From NCBI GenBank assembly GCA_964016885.1, contig OZ024741.1, positions 194,742,001 through 194,806,000 on the forward strand: 64,000 nt of DNA. The letters are read 5' to 3'. Below, piece after piece: positions 37,435 through 50,329 of this stretch; positions within the stretch are counted from its first letter, which is position 1, and each line of letters starts with the position of its first letter. Position numbers and translations under genes: made by a program. This stretch comes from Eledone cirrhosa. Lineage: Eukaryota. The notes under the pieces were generated by a model. It did not search any database, was not told where the DNA came from, and worked only from the letters and a program-made list of their open reading frames with translations.

Positions 37435-38200
37435 ATTATTGTTATTGACGTTGTTAATTTTGTTGTTGATCTTGTTGATGTTGTTGGTGCTGTTGATGTT
37501 GTTGGTGTTGTTGATGTTGTTGATCTTGTTGATGTTGTTGGTGTTGTTGATGTTGTTGATCTTGTTGATAGTGTAGATATTTTTGTTGATATTATTGTTG
37601 GTGCTGCTGATGTTGTTGGTGCTGCTGATGTTGTTGGTGGTGCTGATGTTGTTGGTGCTGCTGATGTTGTTGGTGCTGCTGATGTTGTTGGTGGTGCTGA
37701 TGTTGTTGGTGGTGCTGCTGTTGTTGGTGGTGCTGCTGATGTTGTTGGTGGTGCTGATGTTGTTGGTGCTGCTGATGTTGTTGGTGGTGCTGATGTTGTT
37801 GGTGGTGCTGCTGTTGTTGGTGGTGCTGCTGATGTTGTTGGTGGTGCTGTTGATAGTGTAGATATTTTTGTTGATATTATTGTTGGTGCTGCTGATGTTG
37901 TTGGTGGTGCTGCTGATGTTGTTGGTGGTGCTGCTGTTGTTGGTGGTGCTGTTGATGTTGGTGGTGCTGTTGATGTTGTTGGTGCTGCTGATGTTGTTGG
38001 TGCTGCTGATGTTGTTGGTGGTGCTGCTGATGTTGTTGGTGCTGTTGATGTTGTTGGTGGTGCTGTTGATGTTGTTGGTGCTGCTGATGTTGTTGGTGGT
38101 GCTGTTGATGTTTTTGGTGCTGCTGATGTTGTTAATGTTAGTGTTGATGTTTTTGTTAATGTCGGTGCTGCTGATGTTGATGTTATTGCTGATGTTGTTT
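37435..38200. repeat. Cryptic (GNT)n trinucleotide repeat array
   Basis: Mosaic of gtt/gat/ggt/gct triplets; long stop-free frames on both strands. Confidence 0.85.
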
Positions 38201-38584
38201 AGCTCCAGATGAATCTTCATTGAACAGAGATGATCAATAGCTTTTTTAATGGTTATCTAGGACTACATTATCTAACGTGTCCTTCCCTTATTTAAGACGG
38301 CATGGTGTTTATTTGAGGGAGACCTACCTGGCTGTAATTTCTAGCGAGCCAAACTATCGCATAAAGGCTCCCTTGTTGGCTCATGATAGTAAGAGTGATG
38401 ATGATGATAACGATGATGGCGATTATGTGAACTAAGATGATAATTTATGATAACAATAGCACCCCCCCTCCCCACCCCACCACAAAAAGTTATCTTGGAG
38501 TTCTATTGTTTGCTATTAGGATGAATTCAAACATTCGTCAGTTGTTCCAATGGGTTGGCACTTCAGCAGCCAATAGTCACAACA

Positions 38585-38675
38585 ACGTCTCGACTACACC
38601 CCACCAGCCGACAATCACATAACTACGTCTCGACTACACCCCACCAGCCGACAATCACATAACTACGTCTCGACA
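38585..38675 (+). repeat. 40-bp tandem repeat (about 2.3 copies) just downstream of the globin stop
   Basis: acgtctcgactacaccccaccagccgacaatcacataact twice. Confidence 0.85.
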
Positions 38676-38720
38676 ACATGTCGAAAACAAACGAGTCTCA
38701 GGGTGATAAACATGATTTTT

Positions 38721-38852
38721 TTAAAATGACATGGCAGCTTTCATGACATGTGCAATTAACTTGAACAGATCTGACCAAGCTTCTTCAACTTCCATGGACC
38801 AGTAGTCGCCAACCTCCGGTTTGATTGCCAGGATAAACTGAGGCCCAATTAA
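38721..38852 (-). CDS. Globin (neuroglobin/globin X-like), last coding exon (G-H helices)
   Basis: Acceptor tttttttttccattacag; LIGPQFILAIKPEVGDYWSMEVEEAWSDLFKLIAHVMKAAMSF*; phase 0 matches the upstream exon. Confidence 0.88.
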   Translation of the reverse strand, partial: LIGPQFILAIKPEVGDYWSMEVEEAWSDLFKLIAHVMKAAMSF

Positions 38853-39890
38853 CTGTAATGGAAAAAAAAACTAGAATTAGATGATGTTGTTGTAAATAAT
38901 CGCTGAAAAGGGAAAATATGCAGCCATTTGTAGATTGAATACGTTCGAAAGGATCAAATGTTATTGGAAACTATTTCAGCCTAATGAATCGATTGAAGTC
39001 GCCATCGAAAGAAAGTGGATGTAAATATTTACATAGAGATAACTATTTAACGGAGCAAATATTTATCTAAGGTTCGTCATTGACGTTATGAGTCTTGGCT
39101 AAACATTAACCCCGACATATAGATATGTTCTGTTATAGCATTGTTGTGTGCAAGTGGTTTAGAGAATTCTGCTTTGTTGATGGCCAAAAGAGACAACAGG
39201 AGTTCGATATTGGTAGAATCATTTTTATTCAGTCAGACAGCTTATTTGTTATTGTCTGAATAGAGAGAGAGAGAGAGAGCCTTAGTTGCATTCTATATGA
39301 CATGAATCCTTCCATGCTGACCTGACGACCTATTAAAGTTTGCTGGGCATTTCTACTGATTAGTCCTTGAAATGTTAGAGAGCGATAGATAGCTAGCTAG
39401 ATAGATAGATAGATAGATAGAGAAAGTAAGTGATCAGTACAAAGAAGATTGAAATTGCGACTCTGAAGTCTCCTCAAACACAACAGCTGTGTCATGTACT
39501 GTCTCTTTCCCTCTTTTTAGATTTCTGTCTGTCTCTCTCTTGTTCATTGTAAGCAATTATGGAATTATCCATATAGAATATCCGCAATGATAGACACGGG
39601 GAGATAAATGTGTATTCAAGAATAAACACACAATTACCGATTCAAAAGAATAAAGATGTTGCAGAAATCAATTCTCTAGCCATATACCACCAAAGAAAAC
39701 TGGATGGTTTCAAATGAATGCCTGTTAAATACTCGAAAACTCACCATAAAAAATGGATCGTCTCGAATGGAATGCCAGTCAAATGTTGGATAACTCACTT
39801 TAAAAAAACCCAACAAAACTGGGCGGTCATAGCGAGAACGTCTAGTTTTCCACATCAACCATTGAACATTATTTTACAATAAGCCAATAA

Positions 39891-40083
39891 GGGCGGTGGA
39901 TTGGCAGTATCGGTGGAGGGTCGGACGCCATGCTTTGCAGTATAGAGTTACGGCCCTTTACGGTCTGAGTTCAAATGCTACCGAGGTTAACTTTGCCTTT
40001 CATCCTTACGGGGTCGATAAAATAAAGTACCAGTAATGCACTGGGGTAATAGCTGGCCTTGTGCCAAAAGTAGAAACAATTAT
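39891..40083 (+). mobile_element. SINE family B in globin intron
   Basis: Full-length copy; attattttacaata duplicated around it. Confidence 0.9.
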
Positions 40084-40664
40084 TTTACAATACGCTAGAA
40101 ATTCTTCCATCACCATTTCAGCAAGTGCGGTGTAATCTACTGATTAGTTGTAATAGGATTGATTTGTCCCCGATATTTGCAGGAATACTTAACCCTTTTG
40201 ATACAAATCAACCGCAAATTACTTCTCGTTCTATGAAACAAAACTACCCATCTTAAAGGGTTTTTATTTAAATTAAAAGGACAGCAAATCGGAGAATATG
40301 GAGGGGTTGTGTTACCCAAATCTTAATGTTTCCATTTGAAAAGAATATCTTAAGTTAATTACTAAAATTAGAAGTTCGCAATAAGCTTCAACGTTTTACT
40401 GATATATAATAGTAATTAGCCGATAATTATAAGCCAAATCATTAGAGTACCAGACAAATGTCTTAAGGTATCTTTACACTCTGAATTCAAAACTCGCTGA
40501 GGTCAACTGTTGGGGTCAATAAAATAAAGTATCAGTTAACTTCTGAGGCTGGTTTTATCAACTTTCCCTTTCCCTAAGGTTGTGACTGAAAGATTCTTAA
40601 TTGTAGCACAATATCAAAGGCTGTCTATCAGAAACAATCAAAAGTACATAATAAGGAAATCACC

Positions 40665-41250
40665 TTACACAATAAAGGAGAACTCATTACATGATAAAAG
40701 AGAATGCATTACACAATAAAGGAGAACTCATTACATGATAAAAGAGAATGCATTACACAATAAAGGAGACCTCATTACATGATAAAAGAGAATGCATTAC
40801 ACAATAAAGGAGAACTCATTACATGATAAAAGAGAATACATTACACAATAAAGGAGAACTCATTACATGATAAAAGAGAATACCTTACACAATAAAGGAG
40901 AACTCATTACATGATAAAAGAGAATACATTACACAATAAAGGAGAACTCATTACATGATAAAAGAGAATACCTTACACAATAAAGGAGAACTCATTACAT
41001 GATAAAAGAGAATACATTACACAATAAAGGAGAACTCATTACATGATAAAAGAGAATACATTACACAATAAAGGAGAACTCATTACATGATAAAAGAGAA
41101 TACATTACACAATAAAGGAGAACTCATTACATAATAAAAGAGAATACATTACACAATAAAGGAGACCTCATTACATAATACAAGAGAATGCATTACACAA
41201 TAAAGGAGAACTCATTACATGATAAAAGAGAATACATTACACAATAAAGG
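40665..41250 (+). repeat. 44-bp minisatellite (about 13 copies), a dimer of two related 22-mers
   Basis: cattacacaataaaggagaact alternates with cattacatgataaaagagaata/g. Confidence 0.95.
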
Positions 41251-41782
41251 AAAGATCCCCCAAGTAAGAGCAGAATATGTGACAGTGAGGAAGAAAACAA
41301 TCGCACTGTCTCAAACTGCTCAATCTCAGCCCCAAAAGAATATATCCACAGACTCGACAACGTTGGGATTTACATATACTGGAAGTTATGCTAATGAAAC
41401 CTACAGAAACGATTTATTTTATACATTTTAGTAGAACATAAAATAAAAATATAAATAATTTAAGTATAGAGCAATTATTTGTACTTTCTTCTTTAGTTAA
41501 ATGGATCAAAGTTATCAATATGAAACATGCGATTTTTGTTTTTGGCAATGTTTTCATTCTCATATATAAACTTTATTACGGATTTCAATTTGTATTTTCA
41601 CATTTTGAATTAGAATCTTGCTCATTCGCGGTACACCTAATTACATCTCGTGGGTCACCAGTGTGCCGTGGCGCACAATTTAGGAACCATTGCTCTAGAC
41701 ACAGGATTAGGAGACTAGTCAACAATAACAAAGACATCACAACAGTAGTGACAACAACAACAACAACCAGCAACAAACTTAC

Positions 41783-42008
41783 ATCAATGTAATCAACTTT
41801 AGCGTTGTACAGGACATGTCGGGCCCCAAGGTCTTTGAGCATTTCTTCCAGTCTGTTTGGTTCGTTTATACGGGCCAGACATTTTTCAACTGTTCCCATT
41901 ACTCGAAGGGCATGAGATTTTAGATGTGAATTCTGTTTCAGGTCTTCTGTTGCCAAGCCACGAAATGGCATAAACACATCCTGAACATCTGGATGAGTCT
42001 CAAAAAGA
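41783..42008 (-). CDS. Globin (neuroglobin/globin X-like), central exon (B12 to G6)
   Basis: LFETHPDVQDVFMPF..LKSHALRVMGTVEKCL..LKDLGARHVLYNAKVDYID with CD1 Phe, E7 His and F8 His; poly-T AG acceptor in phase 2 and GTAAGT donor in phase 0, i.e. B12.2 and G7.0 introns. Confidence 0.9.
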
Positions 42009-42494
42009 CTAAAAAAAAAAAAAATAATAACAATAATAATAATCATCATTTCTAATTTAGGCACATGGCCTGCAATTTGAGGGGAAAGGGAAAGTCTATT
42101 ATACGGGTTCCACTTTACTGATACTTTATTTTATGAACCCAGGAAGAATGAAAGTTTATATATACAAACTTGTAACTCGTGATGAAGCAATAGGGGCGCC
42201 GTAGTGACATGTAGCGTGTCTTAGGCATTTCAAACCTACAGGTCTAAACACAGTCGATTTCTTCCAACGGAGGAGAAAGAGAGAAAGGCGGGGAGAGAAA
42301 AGAAGTAATGTGGAGGAAGAATCGATCTAGTACTGGACTACTACTTTTTATTGACATTGAAAGGATGAAAGACAAAATTGACCTCGGTGGGTTTTGAACT
42401 CTGCCAATTCGCTAATTTATACTACAAATAAGCTAATTTATACAGCATTCTAAAATTATATAAAATGGTAAATGTAAAACATTATTTCATGATA

Positions 42495-42620
42495 AACGGT
42501 CTGATTTCAGATCCCGTCGAGGTTAACTTTGCCTTTCATCCTTACGGGGTCGATAAAATAAAGTACCAGTAATGCACTGGGATAATTGGTGACCTTGTGC
42601 CAAAAGTAGAAACAATTATT
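42495..42620 (+). mobile_element. SINE family B, 3' half
   Basis: aactttgcctttcatccttacggggtcgataaaataaagtaccag. Confidence 0.8.
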
Positions 42621-43099
42621 TCATGATATTTGAATGCAATGTGACTCTGCCCATTCGCTGCCTACAGTATATTTTAATAAGACATAAAGACATAAACAAA
42701 TTTCAAATCCCGATACCCCACTGTATATTCCCCGGTTCTACATAAGGTTCAGTTTCAAAACTGCTCATGAAGTGGTCATTTGTAAAGGCTTTATATGATT
42801 GTAAATGTGTTTTCTACCTGGTACATGGACCACACAATCTTATCTGATTATGTTTTAAATATATATCATATTTATGAAGTCCATCATTTTCTTGTTTGCT
42901 TTGCGAACAACTATGAAGCACAGCCTAGCAGGTTGTGCTGGCCTACCAACCAACCTCTAAAAATCCAAACGGGGAGTACAATGAAAAAACGTGCCCCAAA
43001 ACGGGGAGAAATGAGGCAAAATGGGGAGATTTTACATAATAAAAGCTATACCCATTTTCACAAGAGCTATTGCAAATCTCCTCGTCGTACGGGGTTGGT

Positions 43100-44480
43100 T
43101 GACAGGTCTGGGTTGTAGGAGGTTATCTTCTTCTTTTCTCTCTATTTTTTCTTTTGCGAAAGTATGGGTTTCCCCTGCACATTTTAAAACTGCTTTCTCC
43201 TGGGATTAAATTTCTATTTTAGGGTGTGATTCTTCTTTTTTGTATTTTGTATTTGTTTCAATAGTTTGCTTGTTATTTTTCGTTTTTTTTCGTTTTTTCC
43301 CTTGTCCTCTCAAGAGGATATAGTGGTACTGCTTTAAAGATAGACTTTAGTGTCATCTACTTCCTATGGAACCTGCTGTTGTGGCTGCTGCTGTAGGTCA
43401 CCTTTTCCTTCCACCCCTTTATCACCGTCGCTGCTGATTATGGCTTGGGGAGGTCCTCGACTTTCTGGTTGCCTCCTGGAACTGAAGGGAAACCGATTTC
43501 TTCCACAATCTCTCTGTTGGTGTTGTTCTAGGTGAAGCTGTTTGTGGGTCTCTATTGCTTTTGCTACTTCTTTCATTCACTTTTAGCTCCTCTCGGCAGA
43601 GAGACCTTAAATGACTCCTAGCGCCATATGTAGAAAATGCGCCTCCTGCCTTGAATATTTAATCTAAAACCCTTCTTGGCTCCCACCACAAAGCATAACT
43701 CTGGTATTGTTTCGTATTTGCGTGGAGTCATGAGGGCGTGCATCTCCATGGTCACTTCAACCGACTACATATCACCGAATGTTTTGTTAGAGCTGATTAT
43801 CTGTGCCATGAAAGTGACAACGAGCCAGGGGTCGAGGTCATCACTAATATCCTTTCTTAAGGGCGACCCTTACATTTCTCCGTCGCAAATAATGTGAAGC
43901 TGTTTTAAAGTCAGGTCTGTACTATTTGCGCTTATAACTTCACTGTACCTTCAATTAAAAAAAAAATCACGCATAATGTCCCGTATCCATTATCTCTCTT
44001 AATGAAAGTAATGAAAGAGATATCATTTATTGTTTTAGGGAAAGCAGATTCCAACTGCTCCTTGGATTGCACAAGGAAGGTTCCCGTATACTTTGCAAAG
44101 CCTAAATACGTTATTTTTCTGTTTTCTTTAGTTATTCAGGGTAGAAGAAGCGACTGTCCCAAGAAGAAAATACTGTCAAGCTTTAGTTCTTTCACATCTA
44201 AAGATGTTTTTCCTTTAAAGTAAAATTCGCAAACTAAAGGGCTTGAGCAGTATTTGAAACCCCTTCGCTTGACGAATCTATGTGTGTGTGTCTGCTAATA
44301 TCATTGTTGCCATTATTGTTGCGGTTATTATTAAGCGACACATTTAAGTCACCTTTGGTACTTAAAAAGTCAATATTCTCTTTCGAAAAGTTTGTCTGTG
44401 TGAATTATTCGCGTCCACATTTTTTTCTTTTGTGTGGCATTTATAGAGACATTTCGATTCTGTTTTGAGTGGGCGACAGA
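43100..44480 (-). pseudogene. Degenerate L1/Tx1 ORF1 remnant
   Basis: LNIQGRRR..YGARSHLRSLC resembles EGRRPRCVVCGEGTHLRAFC of the 30.5-kb ORF1. Confidence 0.45.
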
Positions 44481-44617
44481 CATCGAACCAAGTCAAAATA
44501 AAAACAACCTACAAGTTATATATATCATCGTTCTGCAGAGGTATGCATATAAAGTAAACATTTTCTAGTCTTAAAACTATTTGTGGAACCTTATTGGTTC
44601 CAAAACAATGATAATAA

Positions 44618-44792
44618 TTGTTTCTACTTTAGGCACAAGGCCAGCAATTACCCAGTGCATTACTGGTACTTTATTTTATCGACCCCGTAAGGATGAAAGG
44701 CAAAGTCAACCTCGGCGGGATTTGAACTCAGATCGTAAAGAGACGTAACTATGCTGGAAAGCATGGCGTCCGACCCTCTACCGATACTGCCA
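44618..44792 (-). mobile_element. SINE family B flanked by a direct duplication of about 100 bp
   Basis: 44516-44617 is repeated at 44801-44900. Confidence 0.85.
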
Positions 44793-45871
44793 GAGGGTCG
44801 TTATATATATCTTTCTGCAGAGGTATGCATATAAAGTAAACATTTTCTAGTCTTAAAACTATTTGTGGAACCTTATTGGTTCCAAAGCAATGATAATAAT
44901 GATTTCTGAAATAGGCGCAAGACCAACAATTTTGATGGACTCCAGTGCGTTACTGGTGCTTTATTTTATCGACTCCGTAAGGATGAAAGGCAACGCTAAC
45001 CCCGACAGGGTTTGAACTCAGAACGTAAAGATCCCGGACAAATACAACCAAGCATTTTGTCGTCCGATGCTATACATAATCTCCCAATCCATTGCCTTAA
45101 AAAGCTAGAAAGAGACGCCACATTTGCCGTATACTGGACGGTTGCGATAATCGTTATATGGAAGCGAACTGACCAATGGCAATAATAACACAACGACAAT
45201 CATTTCCGACAAAGTTACAATGCCTAATATCGTGGTAGGGGATTGTTGTCAACTGTATCTAGTACTTTTACTGTGTTTTATTTTATCGACATCAAAAAGT
45301 TGACCTCGGCGAGATTTGAACTCGTAAAATAGAGTAAGATAACTAAACGCTGCGAGAGATTTCCTTCAAATTTCATTGTTTTTGAAAATAAATGTGTAGT
45401 GACCTACATTCCGCGGGCTCATATACATTCTCCGTGGGTTATTTGGCTCAGCCCAGCCAATGACCGCCAGCAGAGGAGAATGTATTTCTACGCGCCCTGC
45501 AGGAAAAATTCCCTCCTCGATTCGAGAAATCTCTCTTGCAACCCGAGAGCAAAAAAGTAAACAACTGCTTTTCTTTCGTCGTGAAATCACTAGCCAATAT
45601 GTAACACAACAACATAACCACGGCCTGGCAACACTTCAGCCATAAAAACATCGTAAAGTCTTGTGCTGCTGTTACCATAGCAATGCCTTTAAATGTGATA
45701 TGGAAGGATTCCTTCCAGAGGTATTATCACAGCAGCAACAGAACCTGAGACTTACAGCATAACCTCAATTCTTCGTGGTGATACATCTACTCTTAAAACC
45801 ATCCTGTTAAAAATGTTTTTATAGACCAGAATACGCAAAATCCTCGAAAGTCCTGCCTAAATGCTATTATT

Positions 45872-46057
45872 GGATTGGCAGTATCGGTAGAGAGTCGGAC
45901 TCCATGTTTGCAGCATAGAGTTACGCCCCTTTACGGTCTGAGTTCAAATCCCGCTGAGGTTAACTTTGCCTTTCATCCTTACGGGGTCGATAAAATAAAA
46001 TACCAGTAATGCACTGATATAATTGCTGGCCTTGTGCCAAAAGTAGAAACAATTATT
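45872..46057 (+). mobile_element. SINE family B
   Basis: Full-length match to the 3701 copy. Confidence 0.9.
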
Positions 46058-46579
46058 GTTTAGCTGCGTAATTCACGAACTATTCTCACCAAATTTCCGA
46101 TTTTCGCACGGGCTTATCGACCCAGTTTGCTAGCTACAGATTGCTACGAGGAAAGAGGCCTTGTCGTTTTGCCTTTCCGCTCACATGATGTAATTCCTCC
46201 AGATCCTTACGACATGATATACATAAACGTTTTCGTTCACGTGACGTCACCCATTCGGTTACTTCCGGCATGCCACTCATAACCCTCTAAGAAACAAAAG
46301 TACCACGTATTACACAATAAGTATGTACCAAACGACTCTTCGCGCCTAGAAGGGAAGGTGTTGTGACCCAACTGAGAGTCAGAGAGCAATATAAAAAGGT
46401 AGTTACTTCTCCAACTTTAAAAAAAGGTATGCTACGTGGATTCCGTATGTATGCATGGTCCCCTAACTCTTGGTGGAGTCATGGGGGCTGTAGTGACATC
46501 CAGCGTGTCCTGAGCATTTTTTAAAACCTGGAAGAGCTCATCACTTTTCCAAGTCTGAACACAGCCAATTTCTTCCATA

Positions 46580-46645
<66 letters not shown>

Positions 46646-46855
46646 GGGGTGAGAAAGAGATATAGAGGAAAAATCGATAGCGCAAACATATTTCTACAAA
46701 ACCCAAATTCTCCTAAGAAATTGGATTAGACTGAAAACAAAGATATTCCAGCTGTGATTTGAACTCAGAAAAAAAAAAAAAAAAGTCAAGAGTACCAGAA
46801 AAAGTTTAATGTAGCAGCCTCTTCGCCAGTTTTATCTTCATTATTATAGATTAAA

Positions 46856-47048
46856 GGGTGGTGAATTGGCAGTATCGGTAGAGCGTCAGACACCATGCTT
46901 TATAGCACAGAGTTATGGCTTTTTACGTTCTGAGTTCAAATCCCGCCGAGGTTAACTTTGCCTTTCATCCTTACGGGGTCGATAAAATAAAGTACCAGTA
47001 ATACACTGGGTAATTGCTGGCCTTGTGCCTAACGTAGAAACAATTATT
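46856..47048 (+). mobile_element. SINE family B with TSD attattatagatt
   Basis: Full-length copy; TSD at about 46840 and 47043. Confidence 0.9.
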
Positions 47049-47278
47049 ATAGATTTATAGAAATGAAACTATTGGCCAACTGATAGTTGTCGAAAATAAC
47101 TTCGTAAATAGCTAATTAATTTTACAGAAAAATCAATTAAGTTTATTGAAATGAAATGGTAATTACTGAAGTCCAATCAAAACGTTAAGATTAAATTCTT
47201 GCAATTTCAATCACAATAACAGAAAACTGATGTGTTTGCTGATTGGCCACGAATATTACAATAAAAAGAGAAATGATC

Positions 47279-47434
<156 letters not shown>

Positions 47435-47939
47435 TTGGTGGTAGAGGTGGTGCAGGCGGCGATGGTGGTGTAGGGACATGGTTAGGGTAAAGAACGAAAT
47501 TAATAATTTGAAAAATGAAGACAATAACAGATCCTGTTAATTTGTGCCGTAACTGTGGTAAAAAAAAAAAAAAAAGAATGTTCAAATATTTCGAGGAAAA
47601 CTCAACCGCAGAAACACCTGTTACTGAAGTGGTTAAAGGGAGAATTCTAGAGGGATTCTGGTCTGGGAAAGATGGATTGGATAAAGCGGTTAGAGCGGTG
47701 TTTTGATACTATAAGAAGGCATACTGTAAGTTTTGATGGAGGCGGTACACAACTTATTAGTTTAGAGCAGCGGAAGCTGCTGTAGTAACGGTAAAACAGA
47801 TATAGAGAAGCAGCAGCAGTATGTTCCTGAGTCAGTAGTTGTAATGTGTTGGTGAATGAATATTTGTGAATCAATCAAATGAACATTTTTTTAGACGTGG
47901 TTTTCAATGATTGTATATGTGTAGATGCAATAATGTCTT

Positions 47940-48660
47940 AAATACATATGTCTGTATAGGGTTAGGGTTAGTTTTAGTCGATTAAATCGAGTTCAATATG
48001 TTACTTGTATATGTTCTGAATATAAAATATGTCTACATAGAGCAAACAATTTATCACGACTTTCTTTCGGTATAATGTAGAACGTCTCCATCAGACATAA
48101 ATTACATTTTTTCTAGTAATTACAAGGAGAGACTCTATCAATAATATTCCAATGAATTGTAGAGTTAATGTTAGATTCGACTAATTCAGTAATATAATTA
48201 GCTAGCGATGTCAGGTTCCTTAATTTTTTATTTTTAAAAGCGTGAAGATGAGAACTAAACATAGTGTTAAATTTACTCGCAGTAGCGCCTATGTAGGATT
48301 TTGTACAATCTTCTGTGGTCACTGTACACTTGTATATTACATTAATTAAAAGACAGTAACCACATAGTCGGCAGTTATCAGGAACCCTACAATTACAATT
48401 CATGTTACAGGTAGGTGGATTAATACTAGAACAAGTTTGGCCAGTAGGTGTAGAGGTATTAAATGTATTATTATTATCCCTACTGTCTATGAGTAATGGG
48501 TTTCGAGGTAAGCAATTCTCATCATTCATAGATGTTCTAAGCTTAGATAAGTTATTATGGTTACTAGAGACAATATAATCTGTTAAGTTTGGAGTTGTAG
48601 AATAATAAATTTTAACATTGTTCTTATTAATTAATTTATGACACTTATGGTTGAACAAGA
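47940..48660 (-). pseudogene. Naiad-type PLE 3' fragment (linker plus GIY-YIG)
   Basis: VKIYYSTTPN, CNCRVPDNC, VIYKC, YIGAT. Confidence 0.75.
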
Positions 48661-49111
48661 AGTTTTATATATATATACATATACACATATAATGAACGAA
48701 CATATATGCATACGTATACAAGAAGACGAGATCGGATAAACATTCTAAGTTATTGGTTTGACACTCAGAAGAAGTGAAAAGAGTTATTGAGGACGTTTCA
48801 GAGGAAGTCCTTCGGAATATAGAGTAAGAATGGAGGAAAGAATGGAAAGAAGAAAAATTAAGAAAAATCCGTTTTGGCTGATCACCTAAATGTGTGTGTG
48901 CGCGCGCGCGCGGGTGTGTTGTGTGTGCGTGTGTGTGTCTGTGTGTGTCTGTGTGTGTGTGAATATGACGGAAAAAGGGATGTTTTACAAACGTTTCTGA
49001 TATTCACTTCTGAAAGCTAATATAAGAAGATGGATTAAAAGCCTGGAGGTTTTTATATAAATATTTTTGTGTGTGTGGTGGAGAATTATCAAAGTAGTAA
49101 ATACAAGTAAA

Positions 49112-49281
49112 TAATTGTTTCTACTTTAGGCACAAGGCCAGCAATTACCCAGTGCATTACTGGTACTTTATTTTATCAACCCCATAAGGATGAAAGGCAA
49201 AGTTAACCTCGGCGGGATTTGAACTCAGATCGTAAAGGGACGTAACTATGCTGAAAAGCATGGCGTCCGACCCTCTACCGA
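49112..49281 (-). mobile_element. SINE family B
   Basis: Reverse-complement match to the 3701 copy. Confidence 0.9.
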
Positions 49282-49320
49282 CAAGTAAATAATAGAAGAA
49301 AATAATAACAACAAAAAGAA

Positions 49321-49415
<95 letters not shown>

Positions 49416-50329
49416 TCGGATATCAATGCCAGAATAACAAAGGAACATATACAGACATTGAGATAAGTATTCGGTTATATCGTATTGAAGCCGGAAGTAG
49501 AGTGTGAAGGCAGCAGATCCAACATTATGTAAGTCGAAGCAACAGTGAAAATAAAACAGTAGCAACAATTACAACAACAACAATACCACAAGCACCAACA
49601 AAAAACCGCAGGCAAAACAATAACTGCAATAGCAATAGTAGCAACAACAATAACAGCAACAACATCAACAACAACAGCAATAACAACAACAGCGGCAGCA
49701 TCAACAACAACAGCAGCAACAATAACAGCAATAACAGCTTCAACAAGAACAGTATCAGCAATCGCTTCAACTACAGCAACAACAGTAAAAGCAACAACAA
49801 CGGCAACAACAACAAAGACAATAACTATAACAACAAATAACGAAACAGACAAACTGGAAATGTGAGCCGGCTAAATAGCAGAGTCATCAGAGTGTCGGAT
49901 AGAATGCCTTGTTATTGGTTCCGGCTCTTTGCCCTTTGATTTCGAATCAGCCGAAGTCAACTTTGCCTTTCATCCTTTCGGGATCGATAAAAATGTGCCA
50001 GTCCCGACTATCTTATTTTCTGTAAAGATTCGGATGTCTTCAGTCGTGGAGAGGACACAGGCTCCGCCAGGTTTAAAATGTTCAAGACACGCCGTATGTC
50101 ACGACGGCGCCTCTACGACTCAATCAAGAGTTACGGATCTATACATACATACATACATGATGACTGCCCCCTCGTTATCGAGTATGGCCATTGCACGAAA
50201 AAATAACATAATAACGACAATAATAATAACAATAATATATATATATATATATACACATGTACATATCTATACATACATACACACACACACAATAACAATT
50301 AACGGTGTTGCGGTCGAATGTGGATTTTT

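Noticed and set aside
37303-38220. 299-aa and 262-aa repetitive ORFs as real proteins
   Set aside because: They arise from a stop-free triplet repeat; the start lies in (TA)n and there are no domain or splice signals
40665-41250. CRISPR-like regular array
   Set aside because: No unique spacers; a plain tandem minisatellite in eukaryotic DNA
45448-46689. Short minus-strand ORFs as globin exon 1
   Set aside because: No A-helix Trp/B-helix pattern with a phase-2 donor
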